The translations under genes and the position numbers were made by a program. A stretch of 64,000 bases of DNA from Planctomycetota bacterium (GTDB taxonomy: Bacteria > Planctomycetota > UBA11346). The stretch spans positions 385,881 to 449,880 of the forward strand of contig JADGDD010000002.1 of the NCBI GenBank assembly GCA_016745075.1. The letters are read 5' to 3'. Numbering within the stretch: position 1 is the stretch's first letter; the number at the start of each line of letters is the position of its first letter. Under the pieces are notes generated by a model that made no database searches, was not told where the DNA came from, and saw nothing but the letters and a program-made list of their open reading frames with translations. Below are positions 40,471 through 50,694 of the stretch, in pieces.

Positions 40471-41478
40471 TTAAGTCGCTTGGAGAGCAGTGGCCATTTG
40501 TTGCAGAATATCAGGCCGTGCACAGCGAACAAAGTGGCCATCACCAAGATCGTGCATGGTAATAGGCCCACCTGTGAAGGCGTCTTGATGATCAGGAAAA
40601 CGTTTGATGAATCGTTCTGCTGAGCTTGGTTCCATCGGACTTGGGGTATCCCCGGCGAGGCGGATGCGTTGCCGTTTTTGCCCAGGATAGTCTGGGGGAA
40701 TGGCAGATAGCAACGCTTGTGTATAGGGGTGCATTGGATTTTTATAGATGTGTTCAACTGGTCCCTGTTCAACAATTTCGCCAAGATACATGACCGCCAC
40801 ATCATGGCATACATGGGCGACGACAGCCAGATCATGGGCTATGAAAACGTAGGACATTTGTAATTCATCTTGCAAATCCATAAGTACGTTCAGTACCTGC
40901 GCTTGAACACTAACATCAAGGGCGGAGACGGCTTCATCACAGACAATCATACGTGGTTCTACAGCAAGGGCACGAGCAATACCAATGCGCTGCCGTTGGC
41001 CGCCAGAAAATTGATGCGGATAATGATTAAGGTGTTCAGCACCAAGGCCAACCCGCTCTAGCAGAGCTACGGTTTTATCACGTGCCTCTGCCTTGTTTTT
41101 GGAAAGCCCGTGTTGCAGCATGGGTTCAGCTATGGCACTGCCAATAGTATGGCGAGCGTTGAGTGAAGAGTAGGGGTCTTGGAAAATCATTTGCATCTGA
41201 CGACGCCATGGTCGTAATTGATTGCGAGAAAGTCCAGAAAAGTCTGTGCCGTCAAAATGAATGTTGCCTGAAGTTGGTTCAATTAGTCGCAAGAGACAGC
41301 GCCCTGCGGTTGTTTTGCCAGAGCCAGATTCACCAACAAGGCCAAGGCTGCGGCCTACACCCAAGTCAAAGCTTACATCATCAACAGCCCGCACATGGCC
41401 AACGGTTTGGGCGAAGACTCCTCGCTGAATAGGGAAGTATTTCTTCAAATTGCGGACCTGTAACAGTGGGGTTTCCAT
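40471..41478 (-). CDS. Oligopeptide/dipeptide-type ABC transporter ATP-binding protein (OppF/DppF-like) with no adjacent permease or binding protein
   Basis: Walker [10 protein letters not shown]. Signature [15 protein letters not shown]. Walker [12 protein letters not shown]. Opp-type C-terminal extension. The start was taken at the internal METPLLQV. Confidence 0.8.
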   Translation of the reverse strand: METPLLQVRNLKKYFPIQRGVFAQTVGHVRAVDDVSFDLGVGRSLGLVGESGSGKTTAGRCLLRLIEPTSGNIHFDGTDFSGLSRNQLRPWRRQMQMIFQDPYSSLNARHTIGSAIAEPMLQHGLSKNKAEARDKTVALLERVGLGAEHLNHYPHQFSGGQRQRIGIARALAVEPRMIVCDEAVSALDVSVQAQVLNVLMDLQDELQMSYVFIAHDLAVVAHVCHDVAVMYLGEIVEQGPVEHIYKNPMHPYTQALLSAIPPDYPGQKRQRIRLAGDTPSPMEPSSAERFIKRFPDHQDAFTGGPITMHDLGDGHFVRCARPDILQQMATALQAT

Positions 41479-41583
41479 AAGGGCAGGGTAAAGAGGGCCG
41501 TCGTCTTGCCAAGCAGCAAGCCCGTGCATAGAGTACGAAGAAGCATCCTTGCTCCAGCTTGCGTGGTGCTATTCTTCCCGCCT

Positions 41584-42960
41584 ATGTCATTTGATTCCCT
41601 TGGTTTATCCCCCGCTCTTCTTTCTGCTGTACACAATAAGGGCTATGAAACGCCCTCGCCCATTCAGGCGCAAGCAATTCCTGCTATCTTGAAGGGGCGG
41701 GATGTACTTGCTGCTGCTCAAACAGGTACTGGTAAGACTGCAGGTTTTACCCTGCCGCTGTTGCAATTATTGTCTGAACGGCCCAGTCCAGCTAAGGGGC
41801 GCAAGCCCGTGCGCGCATTGATTATGACTCCAACCAGAGAGTTGGCTGCGCAGGTGGAAGAAAGTGTTAAAACTTATGGAGCACAATCGTCTTTAAGAAG
41901 TGCTGTTGTTTTTGGTGGTGTAAATATAAACCCACAAATGAATCGTTTGCGAACAGGTGTTGATATTTTGGTAGCTACTCCTGGCCGTCTGTTGGATTTG
42001 CATAGCCAATCAGCGGTGAATTTATCACAGGTAGAAATATTGGTCTTAGATGAAGCGGATCGCATGTTGGATATGGGTTTTATTCATGATATCCGTAAAA
42101 TATTGAAGCTGTTACCAGAACGTCGACAGAATTTATTGTTCTCTGCTACGTTCTCATCAGAGATACGAACGTTTACCAAAAATATATTACACAATCCTGT
42201 TTCCATTGATGTGGCACCGCGCAATACGACGGCAGAAACGGTTATGCAGCAGGCCTACCGCATGGAAAAATCTGGTAAACCAGCATTGTTAAAGCACCTT
42301 ATCCATACTGGTCGCTGGGAACAGGTGCTTGTATTTACTCGTACCAAACACGGAGCAGATCGTTTAAGTAAAAAATTAAATGCTTTTAAAATAACGGCTG
42401 CCGCTATTCATGGTAATAAAAGTCAAAATGCTAGAACGCGTGCGTTAGCAGAATTTAAAGCAGGGGAAACGCGAGTTTTGGTTGCTACAGATATTGCTGC
42501 TCGTGGTTTGGATATTAAACAGTTGCCGCATGTCGTAAATTTTGAGTTACCGAATGTGCCAGAAGATTATGTTCACCGGATTGGTCGTACAGGTCGCGCG
42601 GGTGCTACTGGGCATGCTGTGTCTTTAGTTGGTGATGAAGAGATGAAATACCTTCGTGGTATAGAACGCTTGCTGAAACAGAAGATGGTCATGGCTTCTT
42701 TACCAGATGATTTTGAGATGCCAGTAGCTCAGCCAGCTCACGGTGGTGGTGGACAAGGAAGCTCTGGCTCTGCTCAACAAGCGAAACGTCGACCACATAA
42801 GAAGCCTCGTCATGCTGCTGGTGAGCGTACACAGAAGCAAAAACCAGCTACACCTGCGGCCGAAAGCCGAAAAGAAGGTCAAGATTCACGACCTAAGCGC
42901 CGATCGCGCCGTCGGCCATCGAGAAACAGAAATCCTGACTCAACAGGAGATAGGGGTTGA
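41584..42960 (+). CDS. DEAD-box ATP-dependent RNA helicase (RhlE-like) with a basic R/K/S-rich C-terminal tail
   Basis: [34 protein letters not shown]. Start taken at [13 protein letters not shown]. The tail reads [14 protein letters not shown]. Confidence 0.85.
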   Translation: MSFDSLGLSPALLSAVHNKGYETPSPIQAQAIPAILKGRDVLAAAQTGTGKTAGFTLPLLQLLSERPSPAKGRKPVRALIMTPTRELAAQVEESVKTYGAQSSLRSAVVFGGVNINPQMNRLRTGVDILVATPGRLLDLHSQSAVNLSQVEILVLDEADRMLDMGFIHDIRKILKLLPERRQNLLFSATFSSEIRTFTKNILHNPVSIDVAPRNTTAETVMQQAYRMEKSGKPALLKHLIHTGRWEQVLVFTRTKHGADRLSKKLNAFKITAAAIHGNKSQNARTRALAEFKAGETRVLVATDIAARGLDIKQLPHVVNFELPNVPEDYVHRIGRTGRAGATGHAVSLVGDEEMKYLRGIERLLKQKMVMASLPDDFEMPVAQPAHGGGGQGSSGSAQQAKRRPHKKPRHAAGERTQKQKPATPAAESRKEGQDSRPKRRSRRRPSRNRNPDSTGDRG

Positions 42961-43183
42961 CTGGTCTAAAAGGCTCTATATAAGTCGTCCAGTCTGAAAG
43001 TATGTTTCTTATTTATGTACGCCGTTTCGATGCTTGATAACTGTACTGTGTAAATAGTACTCTGTACCTGTTCTTCGTTCTGTTTCATAAGTACCACAGC
43101 ACCACTTTTAGCTTCACCCAATGGCCTTACATTAAGGCCGAAACACTCTCTTGGTAACAAGAGAAAAGAACAAGGAAAAGACT

Positions 43184-43390
43184 ATGTCTACAACAACCGG
43201 CACCGTTAAATGGTTCAACGAAGCTAAAGGCTTCGGCTTCATCGAGCAAGAATCTGGTCCAGATGTATTTGCTCACTTCAGTGCCATTTCTGGAACTGGC
43301 TTCAAAACTTTGGCTGAAGGCCAAAAAGTTGAGTTCACTGTCACACAGGGCGAAAAAGGTCCTCAAGCAGAAAACATCACACCACTCTAA
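43184..43390 (+). CDS. cspA: Cold-shock protein (CspA family)
   Basis: [35 protein letters not shown] carries the RNP1/RNP2 motifs. 68 aa. ~220-nt leader upstream. Confidence 0.9.
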   Translation: MSTTTGTVKWFNEAKGFGFIEQESGPDVFAHFSAISGTGFKTLAEGQKVEFTVTQGEKGPQAENITPL

Positions 43391-43448
43391 ATAACATTAT
43401 CCTAGGCTGATTCCTTGAGATTCAGTTTACTATAACAAGAGTATTAAA

Positions 43449-43477
43449 AAAGACAGACCAATTGGTCTGTCTTTTTT
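43449..43477 (+). terminator. Intrinsic terminator after cspA
   Basis: AAGACAGACCAATTGGTCTGTCTT perfect palindrome followed by TTTTT. Confidence 0.8.
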
Positions 43478-43562
43478 ATTGAGATTAGAATGGGGCAAAA
43501 GCCGATCTCTTTATCTGTATATGGGCTTCTTGACTACGCTTTATCTCGGGCACAGTTCAGTT

Positions 43563-43913
43563 ATGATATATATAGATACCTTGCCAAATGATAACGTAGA
43601 TGAAGCGGTCATGGCGACCTTCGCTGAAAAAGGCACATCACGGACGCTTACCCGTGTCTATTGCCGAGTGCGTACCAAAGAGGCATGGCATGCGATTACA
43701 GGCTGGGCAGATGGTGAGCCAGTAGATGCGATCTTAAGCGATATCGAAGAAAGCGGTGATGGTGAAGCTTGCTTGATTCACGGCGGAAATGAAGGTCTTC
43801 GCTTATGTGAGCTGACGAATGTTGAAGACCCAGACCCAGAATGGGATCTAGATAATCCAGATCAATGGGGTGAAGGCTTAATTATTGTTCGGCCTGATGC
43901 ACCGGTTCGATAG
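43563..43913 (+). CDS. Hypothetical small acidic protein
   Basis: ORF starting MIYIDTLPNDNVDEAV. Acidic C-terminus (EDPDPEWDLDNPDQWGEG). Weak RBS. No family recognised. Confidence 0.3.
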   Translation: MIYIDTLPNDNVDEAVMATFAEKGTSRTLTRVYCRVRTKEAWHAITGWADGEPVDAILSDIEESGDGEACLIHGGNEGLRLCELTNVEDPDPEWDLDNPDQWGEGLIIVRPDAPVR

Positions 43914-43961
43914 AGAGTTGTTTCATCTGCAATCTTGAATAGCGATATTGTTCGTGGAAAG

Positions 43962-45554
43962 TTATTTCTCCGTTGTCGCTAAATATTTACGAATAGCCTC
44001 AGAGGCTACCTGTATACCAACCTTATTTGGTGTGTAACGGCTACGGTAGAGTGCGTTGCTTGATGAATGGGCCCAAGCGGTTCCTATCGGAATAAGGTCG
44101 ATACTATTGTTATCAGCAAGCTTTTGGCAATTATGAGAAATAGTGTCGAGTTCGTCTAAGTGATCTTGTCGTGCCCATGGTTCTAGTACGGCAATTGTTG
44201 TGTCGGGACATGCAGAACGAATGAGGGCAATAAGTTCTGCACCTGCGTCAAAAAAATCATGCTCTTCTGGGGCTGTTGTGCCGCGGAATGGTAAAATGAA
44301 AATATGATCCCAATTTACATCACGTTCTAATTGTGCACTGAGGGCTCCCTTGCGCTTGGCAATCATATCAACGGCCATTTGGTAAGGGTAATCACCCATG
44401 CCATCCAGCTCGTCCATGTCGTAAGCGCCTTCATTCATTTTTGTAAAATTGGCTTGTACGTCATCAAGGACGCGTTGTTGGCGTTTTGTCTGTTTGCCAG
44501 CATTATTGGTGAGGTGACTTTGTAAGGTAGCGGCATCATCGCACTGGGCTTCTACGTGTAGAGCTATGTCGTCACGGGCAGCAAAACTATTGCTGAGTTC
44601 ATCCCATAATTTTCCGTCATTATCGTACCATGCATTGCCAATAACGAGTATGCGTGTATCTGCATCGGCAATAGCTGTGTTATTATCTATTTGTTCAATA
44701 ATTGGTTCGGAAAATGTTTCAGGAGTGAGTTCAGCTAATTCTTTTTTGGCTGCGCTGTAGGCAAGCCACGCCTGTTCTTGGAACCATTCACCAGTGTTGT
44801 TTTCAAGAGCAAAAGTGCCACCTTCAAAGTCATAAGAGGGTTGCATATCGCTGATCTTGGTTGGTAAGCCTTGTGGGTTTGCATCGGTGAGGGCAGCGAT
44901 AAGGGTGTAGGCAATTAAGAAGGAAGACACTTGATTTTGATGGTCATCCTTCAGGCTGCGGTGCATATTGATTTCTGGTTTATCTGCACGGGATGCGGCA
45001 AAGGCGTTCCCAACAGGTGCCAGTATGGCATTGTTTTGTAGGGCTGCTTGAGCACTAATCCAATATCGCATGGGTAGTTGCTCGGGGGCTGCCTGTTGAG
45101 CCCATGGCATATAAAAAACAATTCGAATCTTAGGATTATTAGCGCGCAGCTTTTCACAGATGTCTTTGGCAAATCGAAATGTATCGCCGCTTTTATGATC
45201 ATCACAATCTTTACTTGAGACTAAAATAATGGCGTAGTCATGTTGGCATTCAGCAAGGGCCGCATCAACACGTCCTTTGTATTCTGTATATTGTGTGTAG
45301 AGAAAGTCGCATTTTTCATCTGTGAACCAACCGCCAACGCGTCCTGTTTCAATGCCTTCTCGTTGGGAGTCGGTAACGTCGCCGATATTATTGAGAACAT
45401 GCCCAGCAAGGGTTTGGCCTGGAGCATAACAGGCTGAAACCCGAAGGTCACAGCCACGTGTTTTCAGTAAGGCGGGGATCAGTTGATCCTGGCCAATGCC
45501 GGAGGCGCACAAGGAATTGCCGAGGATGATAAGGCTTGCTTGGGATGCTGACAT
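43962..45554 (-). CDS. Cytoplasmic protein with two tandem SGNH/GDSL-like (DUF4886-like) domains
   Basis: Internal duplication: ILGNSLCASG...PVGNAFAAS and ILVIGNAWYDNDG...IPIGTAWAHS. No signal peptide. Confidence 0.45.
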   Translation of the reverse strand: MSASQASLIILGNSLCASGIGQDQLIPALLKTRGCDLRVSACYAPGQTLAGHVLNNIGDVTDSQREGIETGRVGGWFTDEKCDFLYTQYTEYKGRVDAALAECQHDYAIILVSSKDCDDHKSGDTFRFAKDICEKLRANNPKIRIVFYMPWAQQAAPEQLPMRYWISAQAALQNNAILAPVGNAFAASRADKPEINMHRSLKDDHQNQVSSFLIAYTLIAALTDANPQGLPTKISDMQPSYDFEGGTFALENNTGEWFQEQAWLAYSAAKKELAELTPETFSEPIIEQIDNNTAIADADTRILVIGNAWYDNDGKLWDELSNSFAARDDIALHVEAQCDDAATLQSHLTNNAGKQTKRQQRVLDDVQANFTKMNEGAYDMDELDGMGDYPYQMAVDMIAKRKGALSAQLERDVNWDHIFILPFRGTTAPEEHDFFDAGAELIALIRSACPDTTIAVLEPWARQDHLDELDTISHNCQKLADNNSIDLIPIGTAWAHSSSNALYRSRYTPNKVGIQVASEAIRKYLATTEK

Positions 45555-45611
45555 ATAAAACTCCTAGAGAAGGCAGACCAGTCCATCTGGTATTGTTTGA
45601 TGGTCAACGGC

Positions 45612-45657
45612 TATTTTTATATAAAAATACCCCTGCATGATTCAAGTCATGCAGGGG
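45612..45657 (-). terminator. Intrinsic terminator downstream of the dnaJ-grpE-brx operon
   Basis: CCCCTGCATGA-TTCAAG-TCATGCAGGGG perfect hairpin with a U-tract on the minus strand. Confidence 0.7.
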
Positions 45658-45684
45658 CAGGTGTTTTGTTTCTTACTGTTTTAT

Positions 45685-46119
45685 TTAGCAGAATTCTTCA
45701 AAGGCAGCGGTAATATCTGCTGCAATATCGCCTGGATGGCGGCCTTCAATTTGGTGACGGTGCATCATCCATACAACATCTCCATCTTGGAGTAAAGCCA
45801 TGCTTGGACTTGATGCTGGATATTCTGGAAATTGTCCACGAACGGCGGCAACCGCTTCGGGATCAACACCAGCGAAGGCAGTGGTGATTTGGTGTGGTTT
45901 TTTGCTATCAGCATTTTTTGCCATCAGTACAGCTGGACGAGCGCCGCCAGCCGCACAGCCGCATACAGAGTTAATTAAAACGAAGCAGGTGCCAGCTTGA
46001 GAAAAAGCGGTGCTTACATCTTCAGAGCTGCGCAGCTCGGCAACGCCGTGGTCAGACAGTTCAGCGCGCATTGGATTGGTTAATTCTTCTGGGTACATAC
46101 GTTCTCCTTGGTCAGGCAT
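45685..46119 (-). CDS. Bacilliredoxin-like protein (DUF1094, BrxA/BrxB family)
   Basis: FVLINSVCGCAAGGARP matches the CGC active site of YphP/YqiW-type bacilliredoxins. 144 aa. Confidence 0.65.
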   Translation of the reverse strand: MPDQGERMYPEELTNPMRAELSDHGVAELRSSEDVSTAFSQAGTCFVLINSVCGCAAGGARPAVLMAKNADSKKPHQITTAFAGVDPEAVAAVRGQFPEYPASSPSMALLQDGDVVWMMHRHQIEGRHPGDIAADITAAFEEFC

Positions 46120-46286
46120 GCTAGCAATAATTTCGCGTTCGCAACCTACTTCGTTACTATTCTGGTCCTTTTGGTCCAGAAGGTGTTTATCAGCTAAGGC
46201 ACCAATTGTATTGATGTTTGGTTGTATAGAATCCCCCTTCTTTAAGGAAGGGGGAAAGTAGGGCGGAGTCGTAGAGAATGGTTCTT

Positions 46287-46976
46287 TTATTCTTCACTTA
46301 TGGTGTCATCAGTATCTTCGTTCGTTTCTTCTTCAACCGGCGTTGCTTCTACTGCTGGTTTTGGTTCTGTTGCCACAATAACTTGGGTAGCACGAATAAC
46401 TTGTTCGCCGAGGCGGTAGCCGTTACGGAGAACTTGTATGATTTCACCGCGCTTATGTTCTGGGCTTTCTTGCTGCATAGCAACTTCGTGTAGTGCTGGG
46501 TCAAAGATGCCTTCAGCTGGAATAAGTTCTATTCCAGAATTTGACAACGTGCTGGAAATATTTTCTTTAATCATGGAAATACCCATGGCAAAGTCGTTAA
46601 ACTTTTCTGGGTCGGCAGAGGTGAGTGCTAGATCAAAGTTATCCATTTCTGTCAAAATTGGACGGACAAAACGAGCAAGGGCGCGTTTACCAGATTCATC
46701 AGCTTCTTTACGCAGGCGTTTGCGGACATTATCAAACTCTGCCTGTTGGCGTACGACTCGTTCACGGAGTTCTTGCAGATCTGCTTGTAATTTTTCATAC
46801 TCGCCAGCAGCAAGGGTGACTGGTTCTTGCTGTTCGGCTGTCTCTTCTGTGTTTTCAGTATCATGCACTTCTTCGTTATCAGTTTCATCGCCATTAGCGT
46901 TTTCGATAACTTCTTCGTTTACAACATCTTCACTGCTCATTGTGAATATATCCTTTATTTTCTTTGGTATTCTCAA
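46287..46976 (-). CDS. grpE: Nucleotide exchange factor GrpE
   Basis: AEFDNVRKRLRKEAD...FVRPILTEMDNFDLAL...GYRLGEQVIRATQVIVA are typical GrpE core motifs. Confidence 0.9.
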   Translation of the reverse strand: MRIPKKIKDIFTMSSEDVVNEEVIENANGDETDNEEVHDTENTEETAEQQEPVTLAAGEYEKLQADLQELRERVVRQQAEFDNVRKRLRKEADESGKRALARFVRPILTEMDNFDLALTSADPEKFNDFAMGISMIKENISSTLSNSGIELIPAEGIFDPALHEVAMQQESPEHKRGEIIQVLRNGYRLGEQVIRATQVIVATEPKPAVEATPVEEETNEDTDDTISEE

Positions 46977-46979
46977 GGT

Positions 46980-48125
46980 TTAAAATAAATCTTTCAGACG
47001 GTCAAGAAAACCTTTGTTTTCTTTGTTAACTTCTTTTTTCTCAACTTCTGCCAATTGCTTGAGGAGATCTTTGTATTCTTTGCTGGGCTTTTTCGGTACG
47101 GTAACGGTTAATACAATATGTTGGTCGCCGCGTGATCCACGTCCGGCTGGGATGCCCTGTCCGCGCATGCGGAGTACATCGCCAGGTTGGGTGCCGGCAG
47201 GTACTTTGAGTTTTGCCCGGCCATCAAGGGTTGGCACTTCAATGTCTGCCCCCAGCGCTGCTTGGCAGTAAGCAATTGGTACACGACAAACGATGTCATT
47301 ATTGGAGCGTTCAAAGAACTCGTCTTCTTTGACTCGTACACCAACATAGAGATCTCCACGCGGGCCACCATTTGGTCCGGCTTCGCCCTCGCCAGAAACG
47401 CGTAGGCGGTCTCCGTGATCAATGCCTTCGGGAATACGTACTTTAATCGTCACTTTTTCTGGGGTGGTGCCTTGGCCATGGCAAGCATCACATGGGTCCT
47501 TAATGACTTGGCCGCTACCGCCACAGGTTGGGCAGGTTGTTTGTACTACAAAAAAGCCAGAACCTTGGCGTACTGCGCCAGCGCCACCACAGGTGCCACA
47601 AGTGGTGGGGCCACTGCCTTTTTTTGCGCCAGTGCCAGAGCAAACGGTGCAACTTTCTTGGCGGCGCAAATCAATAGTGCGGGTGCAACCAAAAGCAGCT
47701 TCTTTAAAGGTGACTTCTAGATTGACTTTGAGACTGGCACCTTGATTGGCTGCGGTACGTCGTCCGCCGCCACCACCTCCACCAAAGAAGCTGTCAAAGA
47801 TAGAGCCGCCTCCACCGCCGCCTCCACCGCCAAAGATGTCACCGAAAGAGGAGAATATGTCATCCATGGAGCTAAAGCCGCCGCCAGCATGGCCCATGCC
47901 ATCTACGCCAGCATGACCATATTGGTCATAGCGACCACGCTTATCATTGTCAGAAAGGACTTCATAGGCTTCAGCAGCCTCTTTGAACTTCTCTTCAGCT
48001 TCTTGGTCATCTGGATTGCGGTCCGGATGGTATTTCATCGCTAATTTACGATAGGACTTCTTGATTTCTGCGTCAGATGAGCCTTTGGCCAGACCAAGGA
48101 CTTCATAATAATCTCGTTTTGACAT
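46980..48125 (-). CDS. dnaJ: Chaperone DnaJ
   Basis: J-domain [25 protein letters not shown]-rich linker. Four CxxCxGxG zinc-finger repeats. The start was taken at MSKRDYY. Confidence 0.9.
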   Translation of the reverse strand: MSKRDYYEVLGLAKGSSDAEIKKSYRKLAMKYHPDRNPDDQEAEEKFKEAAEAYEVLSDNDKRGRYDQYGHAGVDGMGHAGGGFSSMDDIFSSFGDIFGGGGGGGGGSIFDSFFGGGGGGGRRTAANQGASLKVNLEVTFKEAAFGCTRTIDLRRQESCTVCSGTGAKKGSGPTTCGTCGGAGAVRQGSGFFVVQTTCPTCGGSGQVIKDPCDACHGQGTTPEKVTIKVRIPEGIDHGDRLRVSGEGEAGPNGGPRGDLYVGVRVKEDEFFERSNNDIVCRVPIAYCQAALGADIEVPTLDGRAKLKVPAGTQPGDVLRMRGQGIPAGRGSRGDQHIVLTVTVPKKPSKEYKDLLKQLAEVEKKEVNKENKGFLDRLKDLF

Positions 48126-48302
48126 ACACACTCCCAGTATCATCGGTCAGAACGACCTATATGAATGAGGGCGTCATGAACCATTGTAACTTACGACACA
48201 TGCATAGCACATACCTTGCCGAATGTTGGTGGAAGTAAGGCGGGGGGGATGAGGGAGGTAAGAGAGCATTGCATGCAGGAGAGATCTTGAAAGAATAGTG
48301 GC

Positions 48303-49781
48303 ATGGGACGAGTGTTAATAGTTGATGATGAACCGGGGCTGCGCGAGACTTTAACCCTTATCTTGAAACGAGATGGGCATGACGTTGATTCGGTAACATC
48401 TGGAGAGGAGGCACTTTCCTTTTTACAGATTCATGACGATGTACAGGTGGTTCTCTCTGATATCCGCATGGGTGGGATGACAGGCCTTGAGCTGTTATCT
48501 CATGTGCGGAAAGACTACCACGATGTTTTTTTTATCTTAATGACAGCCTATGCTGCTTGGGATACCTCTACTGAAGCAATGCGGTTAGGTGCATTTAACT
48601 TTATTGCGAAGCCTTTTGATAACAACGCCGTGCGGATGATGGTTCGTCGAGCTTGCGACTCTCATGACCATTACATTGCATCTTTGCAGAGTGGTGAACA
48701 TGTCTCGCCTCTGATTGATCTCATTGGGTGTAGCCCGCAAATTCAGGCAGTACAACGTCTTATAGAGCAGATTGCTGCTACGGATACGACTTGTTTAGTG
48801 ACTGGACGCAGTGGGACTGGTAAGGAATTGGTCTCACGTGCTATTCATTATGGTTCGATGCGTAGTGATGGCCCTTTAGTCCGAGTGAATGCTGGTGCGC
48901 TCACCTCTACGTTATTAGAGAGCGAACTATTCGGCCATGTTAAAGGAGCTTTCACTGGTGCTACTCATGATCGGCCGGGCTTGTTTAGTTTGGCAGATGG
49001 TGGGACGCTTTTTCTTGATGAAGTGGGTGAACTCTCTTTAGAAACGCAGGTCAAATTGCTGCGTGTTCTTGAAAGCGGTGAGTATATACCGGTTGGTGGA
49101 ACAGATTTGTGTTATTGTGACGTACGGGTCGTTACCGCAACAAATCGAGACCTAAAAATGATGGTCACGAATGAGACATTTCGAGAAGATTTATTTTACC
49201 GATTAGCGGTTATTGCTATTGAGTTGCCACCACTCAAAGAGCGTATTGGTGATATTCCATTGCTGGTTGGTCACATGCTTGCGCGTCATGGTAAACGTAT
49301 GCCAACAGCTTCCATCCGTATTACCGAAGATGCTATGCGTGCTATGCAGGGCTATGCATGGCCAGGCAATGTACGTGAGTTAGATAACCGTATCCAGCGG
49401 GCGCTTACTTTAGCGAGTGGCGCAGATATAGACGTTGAAGATATCTTTGGCGATTTGGCCGGATCAAAAACAGGTATGTGGCGGGCTATTAGCAGTACAC
49501 CGAAAACCACGCGGGTATCTTTAGCGCAAGAAGAGACAGAAGCATTGGCTCCTCAACCTATTCAACCAGAAGCCAGTCTAGAGGTTGGCGTAGACTTGAA
49601 AGAACAGTTACAACGTGGAGCAAGCATCGACCTAGAAGCTGAAGTTATGCATTACGAACGAGAACTCATGGAAGCTGCTCTCAAGAAAACCGATCACAAT
49701 TTAACGGAAGCCGCCAAGCTACTTGGTATTTCTTTTCGACAAATTCGTTACAAAGCGAGAACGCTGGGTTTGCGTCGATAA
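48303..49781 (+). CDS. Sigma-54-dependent response regulator (NtrC family)
   Basis: Receiver VLIVDDEPGLRETL...D. AAA+ GRSGTGKE. GAFTGA motif (KGAFTGA). ESELFGH. C-terminal Fis-type HTH. No cognate kinase is adjacent. Confidence 0.85.
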   Translation: MGRVLIVDDEPGLRETLTLILKRDGHDVDSVTSGEEALSFLQIHDDVQVVLSDIRMGGMTGLELLSHVRKDYHDVFFILMTAYAAWDTSTEAMRLGAFNFIAKPFDNNAVRMMVRRACDSHDHYIASLQSGEHVSPLIDLIGCSPQIQAVQRLIEQIAATDTTCLVTGRSGTGKELVSRAIHYGSMRSDGPLVRVNAGALTSTLLESELFGHVKGAFTGATHDRPGLFSLADGGTLFLDEVGELSLETQVKLLRVLESGEYIPVGGTDLCYCDVRVVTATNRDLKMMVTNETFREDLFYRLAVIAIELPPLKERIGDIPLLVGHMLARHGKRMPTASIRITEDAMRAMQGYAWPGNVRELDNRIQRALTLASGADIDVEDIFGDLAGSKTGMWRAISSTPKTTRVSLAQEETEALAPQPIQPEASLEVGVDLKEQLQRGASIDLEAEVMHYERELMEAALKKTDHNLTEAAKLLGISFRQIRYKARTLGLRR

Positions 49782-49900
49782 TTTTTCTGTGAATATTATC
49801 ATTACGCCTATTTCAAGAAAACTTCCAGTTCTGGAAATGGCTTTGTGTTGAAAATATAAGTATTGAGAATTTTCGGTAGTGAACGTCTAAGAGGACGAGC

Positions 49901-50635
49901 TTATTTCCCGAGCGATAAACGTTGGGCCAGTACTTCTGGTAGGCCAGCGTCACGAATTTTTTGTGCAGCTGATTCAATATCGTATTCAAGACGAGAAAGG
50001 GTGACAGTGTTTTTCTCAGTGTCGAGCAGAGCGTAGCAGGCTAGTGGGTTTTCATCACGTGGCTGGCCAACGCTACCGGCGTTGATGATGCAAGGAGTGT
50101 CATCAAGTGGAATTTCTGGATCAAGCGTGTAAGTAATTGGGTCGGTGTTAAAGAAGCCAACAGGGACGTGGCTATGGCCAAGGAAGCCAATTTTTGCACC
50201 AATTTCTTGCAATGCTTCAAAGCTGAGTTGGGCATCAAATACAGTTTGAATGTAGTTGAAGTTTTCTGGCTGATGGAAAGTGCCGTGGGCCAGAGAAAAA
50301 TGTTCAAAATTGCGGGTGAGTGGTTGTTGGCCAAGCCAATCTTTGTGTTCATTGCTGAGTTGTTCACGGGTCCACATGGCAGATGCTTTGGCGTAAGCAT
50401 TAAAGAAATCAATGCTAATGCGTTCTATGGCCGCCCAATCATGGTTGCCAGCAACAACTTCTATTTCACGTTCTTGAACAGTCTCTAAACAGCGTACTGG
50501 TTCTGCGCCGTAACCAACGATATCGCCTAATTGAACAATTTTATCAACAGGTTCTTCTTGTCCATCAACATGGTCAAGAACTGTGCTGAGTGCATCGTAG
50601 TTAGCGTGAATGTCACCAAGTATCGCGTAGCGCAA
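49901..50635 (-). CDS. Calcineurin-like metallophosphoesterase (YfcE/MJ0936-like)
   Basis: MRYAILGDIHANYDAL, GDIVGYG, GNHDW motifs. Confidence 0.75.
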   Translation of the reverse strand: MRYAILGDIHANYDALSTVLDHVDGQEEPVDKIVQLGDIVGYGAEPVRCLETVQEREIEVVAGNHDWAAIERISIDFFNAYAKASAMWTREQLSNEHKDWLGQQPLTRNFEHFSLAHGTFHQPENFNYIQTVFDAQLSFEALQEIGAKIGFLGHSHVPVGFFNTDPITYTLDPEIPLDDTPCIINAGSVGQPRDENPLACYALLDTEKNTVTLSRLEYDIESAAQKIRDAGLPEVLAQRLSLGK

Positions 50636-50694
50636 AGCGTAGTCTCACTGTGTTAAAGGTTCACGAAAGTGGAGCAGAGTCTATCTATGATGTT

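Noticed and set aside
47415-48044. Three plus-strand ORFs of ~100 aa opposite dnaJ
   Set aside because: They are antisense to the Gly-rich and Cys-rich zinc-finger region of dnaJ, a GC-rich codon-bias artefact.
45685-48143. Absence of dnaK read as evidence of a deletion or rearrangement
   Set aside because: dnaK is often encoded elsewhere, so absence from a 64 kb window is not informative by itself.
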